From Desulfosoma sp. (lineage in GTDB: Bacteria > Desulfobacterota > Syntrophobacteria > Syntrophobacterales > DSM-9756), in the NCBI GenBank assembly GCA_037481835.1, contig JBBFKW010000014.1, positions 64,001 through 128,000 of the forward strand: a stretch of DNA of 64,000 bases. Reading direction: 5' to 3'. The notes below the pieces were generated by a model. The model did not search any database. It was not told the DNA's origin and saw only the letters and a program-made list of their open reading frames with translations. The translations under genes were made by a program, and so were the position numbers. Positions 1-9,054 of this stretch are shown here, piece by piece (the stretch's first letter is position 1; every line of letters begins with the position of its first letter).

Positions 1-1642
1 GTTCCACGACCACCTCATGCCCCAGGGCTTCCAGGGATCGGCGCGTGTCTTCGGGGATCCGCGACTCCACGCGCACTCGCGCCGGATAGGCGTCATGGGG
101 ATGGAAGGTGCCGGGAAAGTGATCGGAACACACCTTGGGGGCTTCAATGGCCTGGGACACGTCCAGGCCGAAGACGACGCGGTTGAGGAAAAACTGCAGG
201 GTCCATTGATCCTGCTGGTCCCCGCCCATGGTCCCGAAAGCCATCCACGGCGTGCCGTCGCGAAAGGCGAGAGAAGGGGTGAGGGTCGTCCGCGGGCGTT
301 TTCGAGGGCTCAGCACGTTGGGGTGGGCGGGATCCAGGTAAAAGGTCTGCAGGCGTGTGCCCAGAGGAAACCCCAGGGAAGGGATGACCTCGTTTCCCGA
401 AATCCAGCCGCCGCTGGGCGTCAATGCGGCCATGTTGCCAAAAGCGTCGGCCACCGCCACGTGGACCGTGCCATAGCCCCAGCCGTCCCAGCGGAAGACG
501 GCCTCGGGCGCAAGGAGCGCCTTGCCGTTTCGGGGATCCCCGGGCCGATGGGACCGGCTGGCCCGGTTCGGGTCGATGAGACTCTGCCGGATGCGGCCGT
601 AGGAGGGGCTCAGGAGCCCTTCCAGGGGGACGTCCACGAACCGGGGGTCCGCGTAGTATTGTTCCCGATCCGCAAAGGCCAGCTTGGCCGCTTCCACCCA
701 CGTGTGCACGTAGGATGCGGAAAGGCGCCCCATGGCGTTGAGGTCGAAGCCTTCGAGAATCCGGAGCATCTGCAAAAAGACCGGTCCTTGAGACCAAGGA
801 CCGCACTTGAAGACTTCCGTGTTTCCAAAGACGACGCTTACGGGCTTTTCGAACAAGGTTTCGTAGGCGGCGCAATCGGAGCGGGTGAGGAACCCGTCCC
901 GTTCCCGCACGAACCGCTCGATTTCCGCCGCGATGTCTCCCGTGTAAAAGGCGTCTCGAGCGGCGCGGATGCCGGCCTTACGGTCCTCGCCGAAGCGACG
1001 GGCGGTTTCCATGAGAAAGTCCATGAGCCGGCCGTAGGCGGCGTTGACGAAACGAGCCCCCCGGGAGGGAGGCTTCCCGTCGGGGTCCAGATACAGGTCG
1101 GCGGACGCGCGCCATTCTTTGGAAAACAGGGCCGCGTTGTGCTCAATGCCGAATCGGGGCATGACCAAGAGGCCGTCATGGATCGGGAAGCCTTCCGCGG
1201 CCAGTTTTCGAGCCGGCCCCAGCACCTCCGGAAGCGGCATGCGGCCGTATCGGTGGAGCATATCAAGCAGGGAGGCCACGGCGGCGGGCACGCCGGCCGC
1301 AGGCATGCCCTGCGGCGGAATGAGGCGAAGCCCCCGGCTTCGATAGCTTTCCAAAGAGGCGGCCGCGGGCGCTTCCGTGTTTCCGTTGACGACCACCACG
1401 GAACGGGCCTCGGCCGCATAGAGCACCATGGGGCACTCGCCGCCCAGGGTGAACATGTGGGGGTTGACCAGAGCCTCCACGAAGGTGGCTGCGGCAGCGG
1501 CATCGAAGGCGTTGCCGCCGGCTTTCAGCACGTCCACGGCGGCTTGGGCGGACAGGTAATGCTCGGTGGCAGCGGCTCCATGAAAGCCCATGGCCGGCTG
1601 GAAATCGCAGGCCGGCCCCTCGGTATTCCCGAACGTGCGCAT
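1..1642 (-). CDS. Gamma-glutamyltransferase family protein (3' end runs off window)
   Basis: Absent from the ORF track because no stop lies in the window. Manual minus-strand translation from ATG 1642 gives MRTFG...AAVDVLKAGGNAFDAAAAA...PHMFTLGGE; later GYG|TVHVAVADAFGNM (autocleavage Thr), KRPRTTLTP and FGTMGGDQQDQ. Confidence 0.88.
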   Translation of the reverse strand, partial: MRTFGNTEGPACDFQPAMGFHGAAATEHYLSAQAAVDVLKAGGNAFDAAAAATFVEALVNPHMFTLGGECPMVLYAAEARSVVVVNGNTEAPAAASLESYRSRGLRLIPPQGMPAAGVPAAVASLLDMLHRYGRMPLPEVLGPARKLAAEGFPIHDGLLVMPRFGIEHNAALFSKEWRASADLYLDPDGKPPSRGARFVNAAYGRLMDFLMETARRFGEDRKAGIRAARDAFYTGDIAAEIERFVRERDGFLTRSDCAAYETLFEKPVSVVFGNTEVFKCGPWSQGPVFLQMLRILEGFDLNAMGRLSASYVHTWVEAAKLAFADREQYYADPRFVDVPLEGLLSPSYGRIRQSLIDPNRASRSHRPGDPRNGKALLAPEAVFRWDGWGYGTVHVAVADAFGNMAALTPSGGWISGNEVIPSLGFPLGTRLQTFYLDPAHPNVLSPRKRPRTTLTPSLAFRDGTPWMAFGTMGGDQQDQWTLQFFLNRVVFGLDVSQAIEAPKVCSDHFPGTFHPHDAYPARVRVESRIPEDTRRSLEALGHEVVVE

Positions 1643-1993
1643 GAAAGATCTCCCCGAAGAAAGCTCAATGGCGCAAATGGCGGTGTTTGCCCCGACGGCC
1701 CTCTTTGCCGGTTGCGGGCAAAAGGGGATCAAGAACACTGGGAGCGGCGCGGGATGAGCCGTGCGAACGGTGAGCGAAGAGGACGGACGGTGGCGTCGCG
1801 ATGGCTTGAAGAGCACGGGAACATCGGGCTCACCCTCTGAGCGCTGGCGAAACGCTCGTAGTGCCGGCTTTTTTCGGCACACCTCGGCCTGATTACTCGA
1901 ACAAGACGAAAAATTCAAGTCTGGACTCGTTCTTGTGCCGTGCCCTATACAGGAGCGAAGAAAAAGGAAAGCGCACGGCAGGGGGGAGGTTTT

Positions 1994-3055
1994 GTGTCGG
2001 GTTTGGGTGATGCAAAAGAGATGAAGGAGGTTTTTTTCCAGGCGCCGCGGCGCACGCTGCGATCCCTCATGGAGCGCCACGGTTTCGTCGTGGGGCTCGT
2101 GATCGTCACGGCGGCCACCTTAGCGGACGGGACCGAGACCACGGTCCGCTGGGGGTTGTGGCTTAAGGCGCACCACGGGCCGGATATGGTCATCGCCGCC
2201 ATTTTCTTCATTTCCGCCCTCACCCTGAAAAGGGAAACCCTGGTCCGAGGTCTTTTGGATTTCAAGGCCTTTGCGGGGGCTCTTGTCCTGATCTTCGGCA
2301 TCGCCCCCTCATGGGCCTTCGTGCTCTCCCGATGGCCCATGGAAACGGGGCTCGCGATCGGTCTGTTTCTGGTGGCTTCCATGCCCAGCACGTTGAGCAG
2401 CGGAGTGGTCATGACGGAAACGGCGGGAGGCAATGCGGCCACGGCCCTGCTCATCACCGTCTTCGCCAACGGAGCGGGCGTCTTTGCGACGCCGCTCCTT
2501 CTCGAGGGCCTCACGGCCGGTGCGGGGCGATCCTCGGCCCTCGTTTTGGACAAGGGGGCTCTCATGGGCACCTTGGCCGTGCTGGTCCTCGTTCCATTGA
2601 GCGCGGGCATGGTGCTGCGAAGGCCGGTTTCGGCCCTCTTCCAAACCGTCAAGGGCCCGAGCCCGGGGGCAATCAACACGATTCTCGTCATCCTTGTGGT
2701 CTGGATCGCCGTGTGCGGGTCTCGGGCGACGATCATCCAGGGGTTGGCCCGTATGCCTGCCGTCCTTGTCCTGTGCGTCGTCTTCCACGGGGGCGTTCTT
2801 TTTGCGGCGTTCATCACGGTCAGGGCGTTGGGCCTTGCAGCGGGAAGACGGGAAGCCGTGATCTTCGTGGGCGGACAGAAGACCCTGCCCCTGTCGGTGC
2901 TCATCCAGACGGCGATTTTCCCCCAGTATGGGCAAGCCCTGGTCTTTTGCGTGTGCCATCATGTGCTCCATCTCATCATGGACGGCTGTGTGCTGAGTTT
3001 TCTCAAGCAGTCACGGCGCGCCGACCCAAACGGGAAGGGAAAGGGCGGACGATGA
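1994..3055 (+). CDS. Bile acid:sodium symporter family membrane transporter
   Basis: Very hydrophobic; MPSTLSSGVVMT..AGGN and GGQKTLPL motifs; GGAGGT upstream of GTG 1994; stop overlaps the hutH start (ATGA). Confidence 0.8.
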   Translation: MSGLGDAKEMKEVFFQAPRRTLRSLMERHGFVVGLVIVTAATLADGTETTVRWGLWLKAHHGPDMVIAAIFFISALTLKRETLVRGLLDFKAFAGALVLIFGIAPSWAFVLSRWPMETGLAIGLFLVASMPSTLSSGVVMTETAGGNAATALLITVFANGAGVFATPLLLEGLTAGAGRSSALVLDKGALMGTLAVLVLVPLSAGMVLRRPVSALFQTVKGPSPGAINTILVILVVWIAVCGSRATIIQGLARMPAVLVLCVVFHGGVLFAAFITVRALGLAAGRREAVIFVGGQKTLPLSVLIQTAIFPQYGQALVFCVCHHVLHLIMDGCVLSFLKQSRRADPNGKGKGGR

Positions 3056-4581
3056 AGGTCCTTTTGGATAAGGACGGTTTCACTCTGGAAGCGCTGGTCG
3101 CCGTCGCCCGTGATAAAGTCCCGGTGGAATTCAGCGACGCGGCCCGAGCGCGCATCCTCAAGGCTCGAGCCCTTGTGGATTCCTGGGTGGCCCAAGGGCG
3201 CATCATCTACGGCATCACCACAGGTTTCGGGGCTCTGAGCGACGTCTTCATTTCGGCATCGGACGTGCGCGCCCTCCAGCGCAACATCCTCATGAGCCAT
3301 GCCGCCGGGGTCGGGCCGGAACTCTCCATAGAGGAGGCCCGCGCCTTGATGGCGTTGCGCCTCAAGGATCTGGCCCGCGGCCATTCCGGCATTCGATGGG
3401 AGACGGCCGTGCGGCTGCGCGACTTTTTGAACGCCGACATCGTGCCGGTCATCCCCGAAAAGGGATCCGTCGGGGCCAGCGGCGATCTTGCGCCCATGGC
3501 CCACATGGCTTTGCCGCTCATCGGCCTGGGCGAAGTCTTCTACCGAGGCCAAAGGCTGGAGGGAGCCGAGCTGCTGCGGCGGCTCGGGTTGGAACCTTTG
3601 GAGTTGGAAGCGGGGGAGGGGCTGGCCCTGGTGAACGGAACTCAGCTCATGACGGCCTTGGGGGCTTTGGCAGTCCATGACGCCCAAAACCTCTCAAAGA
3701 CCGCCGACATCGCCGCCTCGGTGAGCCTGGAAGTGCTCATGGGCAGCCGCATGGAGTTCGATCCGAGGATCCATCGCGTGAGGCCTCACCCGGGCCAAGC
3801 CAAAGCGGCCCACAACATGCGCCGGATCACGCAGGACAGCGAAATCATTTCGTCCCACAAAGATTGTTCCCGGGTTCAAGACGCCTACACCCTGCGCTGC
3901 TCCCCACAGGTGCACGGCGCCTCCAAGGACGCCATCGCCTATTGCCGGGAGGTGCTGGAAAGGGAAATGAACGCATCGACCAACAATCCCCTGATTTTCG
4001 CCGACTCGGGAGAATTCCTCCTGGGCGGGAACTTCCACGGCCAGCCGGTGGCCTTGGCCCTGGATTTTCTGGGGATCGCTTTGGCCGAATTGGCGGACAT
4101 TTCAGAACGACGGGTGGAAAGGCTGGTCAATCCCCAGTTGAGCGGCCTGCCGGCGTTTCTGGTTCCCCAAGGCGGGCTCCATTCCGGCTTCATGATCGCC
4201 CAATACACGGCGGCGGCCCTGGTTTCGGAAAACAAGACCCTGGCCCATCCGGCCTCGGTGGATTCCATTCCCACGTCGGCCAACAAGGAAGATCACGTGA
4301 GCATGGGGACTTTCGCGGCCCGCAAGTGCCGGGATATATTGCGAAACGTGGAGACCGTGCTGGCCATCGAACTTCTGTGCGGCGCCCAGGCCCTAGACCT
4401 CTTCACCAACATGAAGCCCGGAACGGGAACCCTGGCGGCGTACCGGTGCATTCGCCGCAGGATTCCCCATCTGGAAAAAGACCGGGTGCTCGCCCCAGAC
4501 ATCCGCGCCATGACGGACCTGATCCGCTCCGGGGATCTGGTGCGGGCGGTGGAGGCGGAAGTGGGCGCCTTACACCCGTGA
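3052..4581 (+). CDS. hutH: Histidine ammonia-lyase
   Basis: YGITTGFG, MIO-forming GSVGASGDLAP, histidine-type specificity motif LMSHAAG, QDAYTLRC, SANKEDHVSMG. Confidence 0.92.
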   Translation: MKVLLDKDGFTLEALVAVARDKVPVEFSDAARARILKARALVDSWVAQGRIIYGITTGFGALSDVFISASDVRALQRNILMSHAAGVGPELSIEEARALMALRLKDLARGHSGIRWETAVRLRDFLNADIVPVIPEKGSVGASGDLAPMAHMALPLIGLGEVFYRGQRLEGAELLRRLGLEPLELEAGEGLALVNGTQLMTALGALAVHDAQNLSKTADIAASVSLEVLMGSRMEFDPRIHRVRPHPGQAKAAHNMRRITQDSEIISSHKDCSRVQDAYTLRCSPQVHGASKDAIAYCREVLEREMNASTNNPLIFADSGEFLLGGNFHGQPVALALDFLGIALAELADISERRVERLVNPQLSGLPAFLVPQGGLHSGFMIAQYTAAALVSENKTLAHPASVDSIPTSANKEDHVSMGTFAARKCRDILRNVETVLAIELLCGAQALDLFTNMKPGTGTLAAYRCIRRRIPHLEKDRVLAPDIRAMTDLIRSGDLVRAVEAEVGALHP

Positions 4582-5499
4582 GGCCCCTTTCGAAACGGGC
4601 ACGCCGAGCACCTCGGCCAAGGCCGCTTCGATGTCCGGATACTGAAATGTGTAGCCGTGGCGCAGGAGCACGGCGGGGAAGACCCGCTGCCCTTCCAGGA
4701 GCACCGAGCCGAATTCGCCCAGCGCAAGCTTGATGGCGAAGGCGGGGGTTTTGAGAAAACTCGGCCGATGGAGGAGTTTTCCGAGAACATGGGCCAGGGT
4801 TTCGTTCCGCACGGGGTTGGGGGCGCAGAAGTTGACCGGACCTTCCACGGCGTCCTTTCCCATGATGAAGAGCATGGCGCCGATGAGATCCTCCATGTGA
4901 ATCCAGGAAAACCACTGACGGCCATCCCCCAGAGGCCCGCCCACAAACCGCTTGAAAGCCGGGATCATCTGCCCGAGGGCCCCGCCCGTTTTGCCGAGCA
5001 CGATGCCGAAGCGCATGCAGACGACGCGCGCTCCTTTGGACCGGGCCGCGGACGCCGCCGCCTCCCAATCCACGCACAGGGATGCCAGGAAATCGGATCC
5101 GGGTGGTTCGTCTTCCGTGAGGCTGGCGTCGCCTCGGGAACCGTAATAGCCCACGGCCGAGGTGCTCAGGAGCGTGACGGACGTCCCTTGGGGGATGGCG
5201 TTAACGAGATTGCGGGTGGTGAGGATTCGGGAGTTGTAGATGATTTCCTTGGACTTGGCGGTCCAGCGCCGGAAGATGGAAGCGCCGGCCAGGTTGATGA
5301 TCATGTCCTGGTCCGCAACGGCCTCCTGCCAGGGCCCCGGTTGGGTGGTATCGGCCGAAAGGTAGCGCACCTCGGAAGGCAGGGAAGGGCTCGGGTGCGG
5401 GGCCTGAGCGATGCCCGTCACCTGCCGGCCGAGATCGACGAGTCGACGGCACAACTGGGTGCCCACAAAGCCTGAAGCTCCAGTGACGAGAACCTTCAT
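4570..5499 (-). CDS. NAD-dependent epimerase, TIGR01777/DUF1731 type
   Basis: VLVTGASGFVG Rossmann motif, INLAGASI..RWT, SAVGYYG, GDGRQWFSWIH. Confidence 0.9.
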   Translation of the reverse strand: MKVLVTGASGFVGTQLCRRLVDLGRQVTGIAQAPHPSPSLPSEVRYLSADTTQPGPWQEAVADQDMIINLAGASIFRRWTAKSKEIIYNSRILTTRNLVNAIPQGTSVTLLSTSAVGYYGSRGDASLTEDEPPGSDFLASLCVDWEAAASAARSKGARVVCMRFGIVLGKTGGALGQMIPAFKRFVGGPLGDGRQWFSWIHMEDLIGAMLFIMGKDAVEGPVNFCAPNPVRNETLAHVLGKLLHRPSFLKTPAFAIKLALGEFGSVLLEGQRVFPAVLLRHGYTFQYPDIEAALAEVLGVPVSKGASRV

Positions 5500-5614
5500 G
5501 GCGCGCTCCTTTTTGATGGGGATTTGCCCGGGACGACTCCACGTGTCCACGCCGTCCACCATAACCCGAAAAACGCGGGACTCCAAGACGGAGAGCCCGC
5601 ATGGCACAGGGCAT

Positions 5615-5645
5615 AAAAAAACCCGCCGCGGCCGCGGCGGGTTTT
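5615..5645 (-). terminator. Rho-independent terminator (possibly bidirectional)
   Basis: AAAAAAACCCGCCGCGGCCGCGGCGGGTTTT: GC stem followed on the minus strand by T7, just downstream of the 60-aa gene. Confidence 0.75.
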
Positions 5646-5663
5646 GAATGGCATCTTAAGCCC

Positions 5664-5846
5664 CTATTGGAAGTACGCGCACTTTTCGCACGTAAAGCCG
5701 CTCCACATGCCCTTGGCGGCCTTGTCCAAGCAATCGTCGTAATGCATGCAGTCGAAATTTCGCAGCCCTTTACCTTCCTTGCATTTTACAGGGTTGGGGA
5801 TCGGTTGGGGAGCGGAAGGAGCGCATCGTTGGGATGCCTGTCGCAT
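5664..5846 (-). CDS. Small Cys-rich hypothetical protein (60 aa)
   Basis: AGGAGG RBS upstream of ATG; own terminator; pattern CxxYxxCL...W..FxCxxC. Confidence 0.75.
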   Translation of the reverse strand: MRQASQRCAPSAPQPIPNPVKCKEGKGLRNFDCMHYDDCLDKAAKGMWSGFTCEKCAYFQ

Positions 5847-6436
5847 GATCAGGACCTCCTGTCATCCCTCGGGTCGATTTCGGAGTTCATCGGACCTTGC
5901 CAAAACAACGTGAGTGGTGCTCACCTCCCAGTGGATCGCTTGCACAGCATTCCCAAGAGAAGAAACCCTGCGGCGGCAATGGCCCAGCACGCCATGTCCA
6001 TAAAAGATCCTCCATCTTCACGGCAAAAATGAAGCCCTCTGCGAGGGCGGGGGTAAATAACCTAGGCCAAAGGGGACGTCAAGAACTTTTTGAAGGTCTC
6101 GGAGGGGTCCAAACATTTTTTGTGTCATGCCGTGCAATCCCATGCCCGTGCGGCCCGGTCTGTGACACGACGCTTCAACGCTCCCTTCTACACAATCTCG
6201 GCTGGAGCAGTCAAAGAAAAAATCGCGCGCCGGGACGCCCACGAGCGCTGCGGCGGTTCGGGCGAGTTTCCCCGTCCGCGCGGGCCCTTTGGGCGGAGTG
6301 GCCGTCGGCTCAACAATGCTTTGCATTGACGGCTCGCCCAAAATGGGTCATGAAACAGCCTGGGTTGAGCCGGACCGTAGCCTGTTGCGGCGGGAAGCGT
6401 GTTCATGGGCAAAGCTTCACGGACGAGGGAGGCTCC

Positions 6437-7801
6437 ATGAAGGAAAGGCCGTCTTTTTTCCGGGTTCGGATCGAAGTTTTGGCGGGTCTCATCTCTGTTT
6501 TCCTTGTGTCGGCGGCCCTTTCGGCCCAAGGGGCGGACGGTCCCTCAGCCGGGCCGCTCACCCTGGACCAAGCCCTCCAGGAAGCCCTGGCGAACCATCA
6601 CCTGATCCGAGAGGCCGAGGAGTTGGAAAAGGCGGCGGCGGCCGACGAAAAGAGCGCCCAGGCCGCCTTGAAGCCGTCCCTGGCGGCCCGTTACCAATAC
6701 TTTCGCCTGGAAGACAACCCGTACGCCATTTTTCGAACGGATTTGGGCGTTCAACAGGTGAACATGGGCCATCGAGGCACCTATACCTGGGATGTGACGC
6801 TCACCCAGCCCCTTTTTACCGGCTATGCCCTTTCCACGAAAAAGAAGATCGCCTCCCTGGATGTGGCGCTCACCCAGGTACAAAAGGAAATGGCCGTCCT
6901 GGATGTGATCAAGCACGTGAAGACGGCCTACTTTCGCGTCCTTTTGGCGCAGCGTTTCCTCGACGTGGCGCAGGAGGAAGTGCAGCAGCTTGCGGCGCAC
7001 CTGGAGGACGCCCGGCGCTTTTACAACCAGGGGCTTATTCCCTACAACGACGTGTTGAAATCTCAGGTGGCCCTGGCCCAAGCCCAGCAGGTGCGCGTGC
7101 GACGGCACAAAGACCTGGAAATCGCCTCGGCGGACCTGAACCGCCTCCTGGGGCGGGATCTCTCGCAGCCCGTTCGCTTGCAAGACGTGCCCGTCTTTTC
7201 GGAAAAGGGCCAGGCCCTGGAGGAGCTCACCGCTGAAGCCGTGAAGTCTCGGCCGGAACTCAACATCCTGAAGCTTGAGGTGGAAAAGGCGACGGAGGCG
7301 GTGCGGCTGGCCGCCAGCGATCTTTACCCAAAGGTTTTCGCTGTGGGCTCCTACGAAAGAACAGGCAAGGACCCTTTGGGGGAGGAAAACGATTATCGCA
7401 ATCCGGACACGGCCGCCGTGGGTGTTCGCCTGGATTGGTCGGTTTTCGAATGGGGCAAAACCCAATCCCAGGTGCGCCGGCAGCGGGCCGCCCTGAAAGC
7501 CGTGCAGGAAAGGCTCGCCGACATCGAAAACAGCGTGCGCCTCGAAGTCAAGGCCGCTCTGGGTGACGTCCAGGTGGCCGAAGAAAACATCCAGACGGCC
7601 CGCAAGGCCCTGGAACAGGCCGAGGAAAACCTCAGGATGACACGCCTTCAGTATCAACAGCAAGTGACGACGGTGACCGAAGTGCTGGATGCGAGAACCT
7701 ATCTCACCCAGGCCGAAGCCAATTACTACGCGGCGCACTACGGCCGGCATATCGCTCAGGCGGAATTGGAACGGGCCGTCGGCCGCCGTGTGCTCCAGTA
7801 G
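6437..7801 (+). CDS. TolC-family outer membrane efflux protein
   Basis: Signal peptide, LTLDQALQEAL, LTQPLFTG, two OEP-like helical halves; first gene of the efflux operon. Confidence 0.9.
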   Translation: MKERPSFFRVRIEVLAGLISVFLVSAALSAQGADGPSAGPLTLDQALQEALANHHLIREAEELEKAAAADEKSAQAALKPSLAARYQYFRLEDNPYAIFRTDLGVQQVNMGHRGTYTWDVTLTQPLFTGYALSTKKKIASLDVALTQVQKEMAVLDVIKHVKTAYFRVLLAQRFLDVAQEEVQQLAAHLEDARRFYNQGLIPYNDVLKSQVALAQAQQVRVRRHKDLEIASADLNRLLGRDLSQPVRLQDVPVFSEKGQALEELTAEAVKSRPELNILKLEVEKATEAVRLAASDLYPKVFAVGSYERTGKDPLGEENDYRNPDTAAVGVRLDWSVFEWGKTQSQVRRQRAALKAVQERLADIENSVRLEVKAALGDVQVAEENIQTARKALEQAEENLRMTRLQYQQQVTTVTEVLDARTYLTQAEANYYAAHYGRHIAQAELERAVGRRVLQ

Positions 7802-7806
7802 AGGGG

Positions 7807-8952
7807 ATGGGCATGGAAGAAAAGCCGAAGGAAAGAGCCTCCCGGCCTGCGGGCGTATGGGTCGCCCTGGGCGTTGCGGCGGCCCTTGTCATGGTCAGTG
7901 CCTTTAACGTGGTGCGTATGCGCAGCCGGGTCTCGGAAACCAAGGAAGTGACCGCCGTGGTACCCGTTGCAGTCCGTGCCGCACGCATGGCCGTGGTGGA
8001 AGAAGCCCTCAAGACCACCGGGGACCTTGTCCCCATTCAAGATATCTACCTCTACCCGGCCGTGCCGGGAAAGAAGGTGCAGCAGGTGTTTTTCGAGCGC
8101 GGCCAGCCTGTGCCGGAAAACGCCCTGGTGGTGAAGCTCGACGATGCGGAAATGGCGGCGCGGTTGCAGCAAGCCGAAGCGGCGGTCAGAGCGGCGCGCA
8201 CCCAGGTGGAGCTTCTGGAAAAGGATCGGGCGCGGTTCGAAGGCCTCTACCGCGAAAAAGCCATTGCCAAGCAACGCCTGGATCACATTCAGGCGGAACA
8301 TCGGGCGGCCCAGGCGCGCCTTGCGGAAGCGCAGGCGGCGCTCAGGGCCCTTGGGGAAATCCATCGGGATTTTTATTTGCGCTCGCCCATCCGGGGTGTT
8401 CTCGCCGATCGCTACCTGGATCCCGGGAACCTGACGGATACCAGGAAACCCATTGTGCGGATCACGGACGAAACCGTCCTCAAGGTGGTCTTCCACGTGC
8501 CGGAAAAGGATTTCGTCCTGGTGCGCTCCGGCATGAAAGGATCCTGCCGGCTGGATGCCTATCCCGATCGGGTGTTCGAAGGGACCCTGAACGTGGCCTC
8601 TCCGGTCTTGGATCCTCGAACCCGAACGGCCATGGCCGAACTGCACGTCCCGAACCCGGACCTCACCCTGCGTTCGGGAATGTTCGCCCACGTGACCGTC
8701 CCGTTGGCGAGGAGGGAAACCCTCGTGGTGGATCGAGACGCCGTGGTGCGCATGCCCGGAACGGGCCAGCCTTACGTCTTTGTGGTGGAAGAAGGCAAGG
8801 CCCGCATGCGCAACGTGCGACTCGGCGCGGAACAGGAAACCGTGGTGGAAGTCCGGGAAGGGCTCCGCCCCGGGGATGCGGTGATCGTAAAGGGGCAGAA
8901 CCGGGTCGCGGATGGATCATCCGTCGAAATCACCGCCTCGGATGCCTCCTGA
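7807..8952 (+). CDS. RND efflux periplasmic adaptor (MFP) subunit
   Basis: N-terminal TM, coiled hairpin, LRSPIRG, LRSGMFA, GLRPGDAVIVKGQ. Confidence 0.92.
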   Translation: MGMEEKPKERASRPAGVWVALGVAAALVMVSAFNVVRMRSRVSETKEVTAVVPVAVRAARMAVVEEALKTTGDLVPIQDIYLYPAVPGKKVQQVFFERGQPVPENALVVKLDDAEMAARLQQAEAAVRAARTQVELLEKDRARFEGLYREKAIAKQRLDHIQAEHRAAQARLAEAQAALRALGEIHRDFYLRSPIRGVLADRYLDPGNLTDTRKPIVRITDETVLKVVFHVPEKDFVLVRSGMKGSCRLDAYPDRVFEGTLNVASPVLDPRTRTAMAELHVPNPDLTLRSGMFAHVTVPLARRETLVVDRDAVVRMPGTGQPYVFVVEEGKARMRNVRLGAEQETVVEVREGLRPGDAVIVKGQNRVADGSSVEITASDAS

Positions 8953-9054
8953 AGACGGAACCCACGTGCCGCAATGAGCGTTCCCGAAGCGCCGGCCCCG
9001 ATGAAGCGGAAAGATCGAGTGCTCTTTCTCTTGTGCGTGTGAGACAGACCCATC

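Noticed and set aside
17..1840. 607-aa plus-strand ORF
   Set aside because: Antisense shadow of the GGT gene. The same applies to 8917-11115, 22383-24593, 37836-39932, 41041-42657 and 55300-57114, as expected at high GC.
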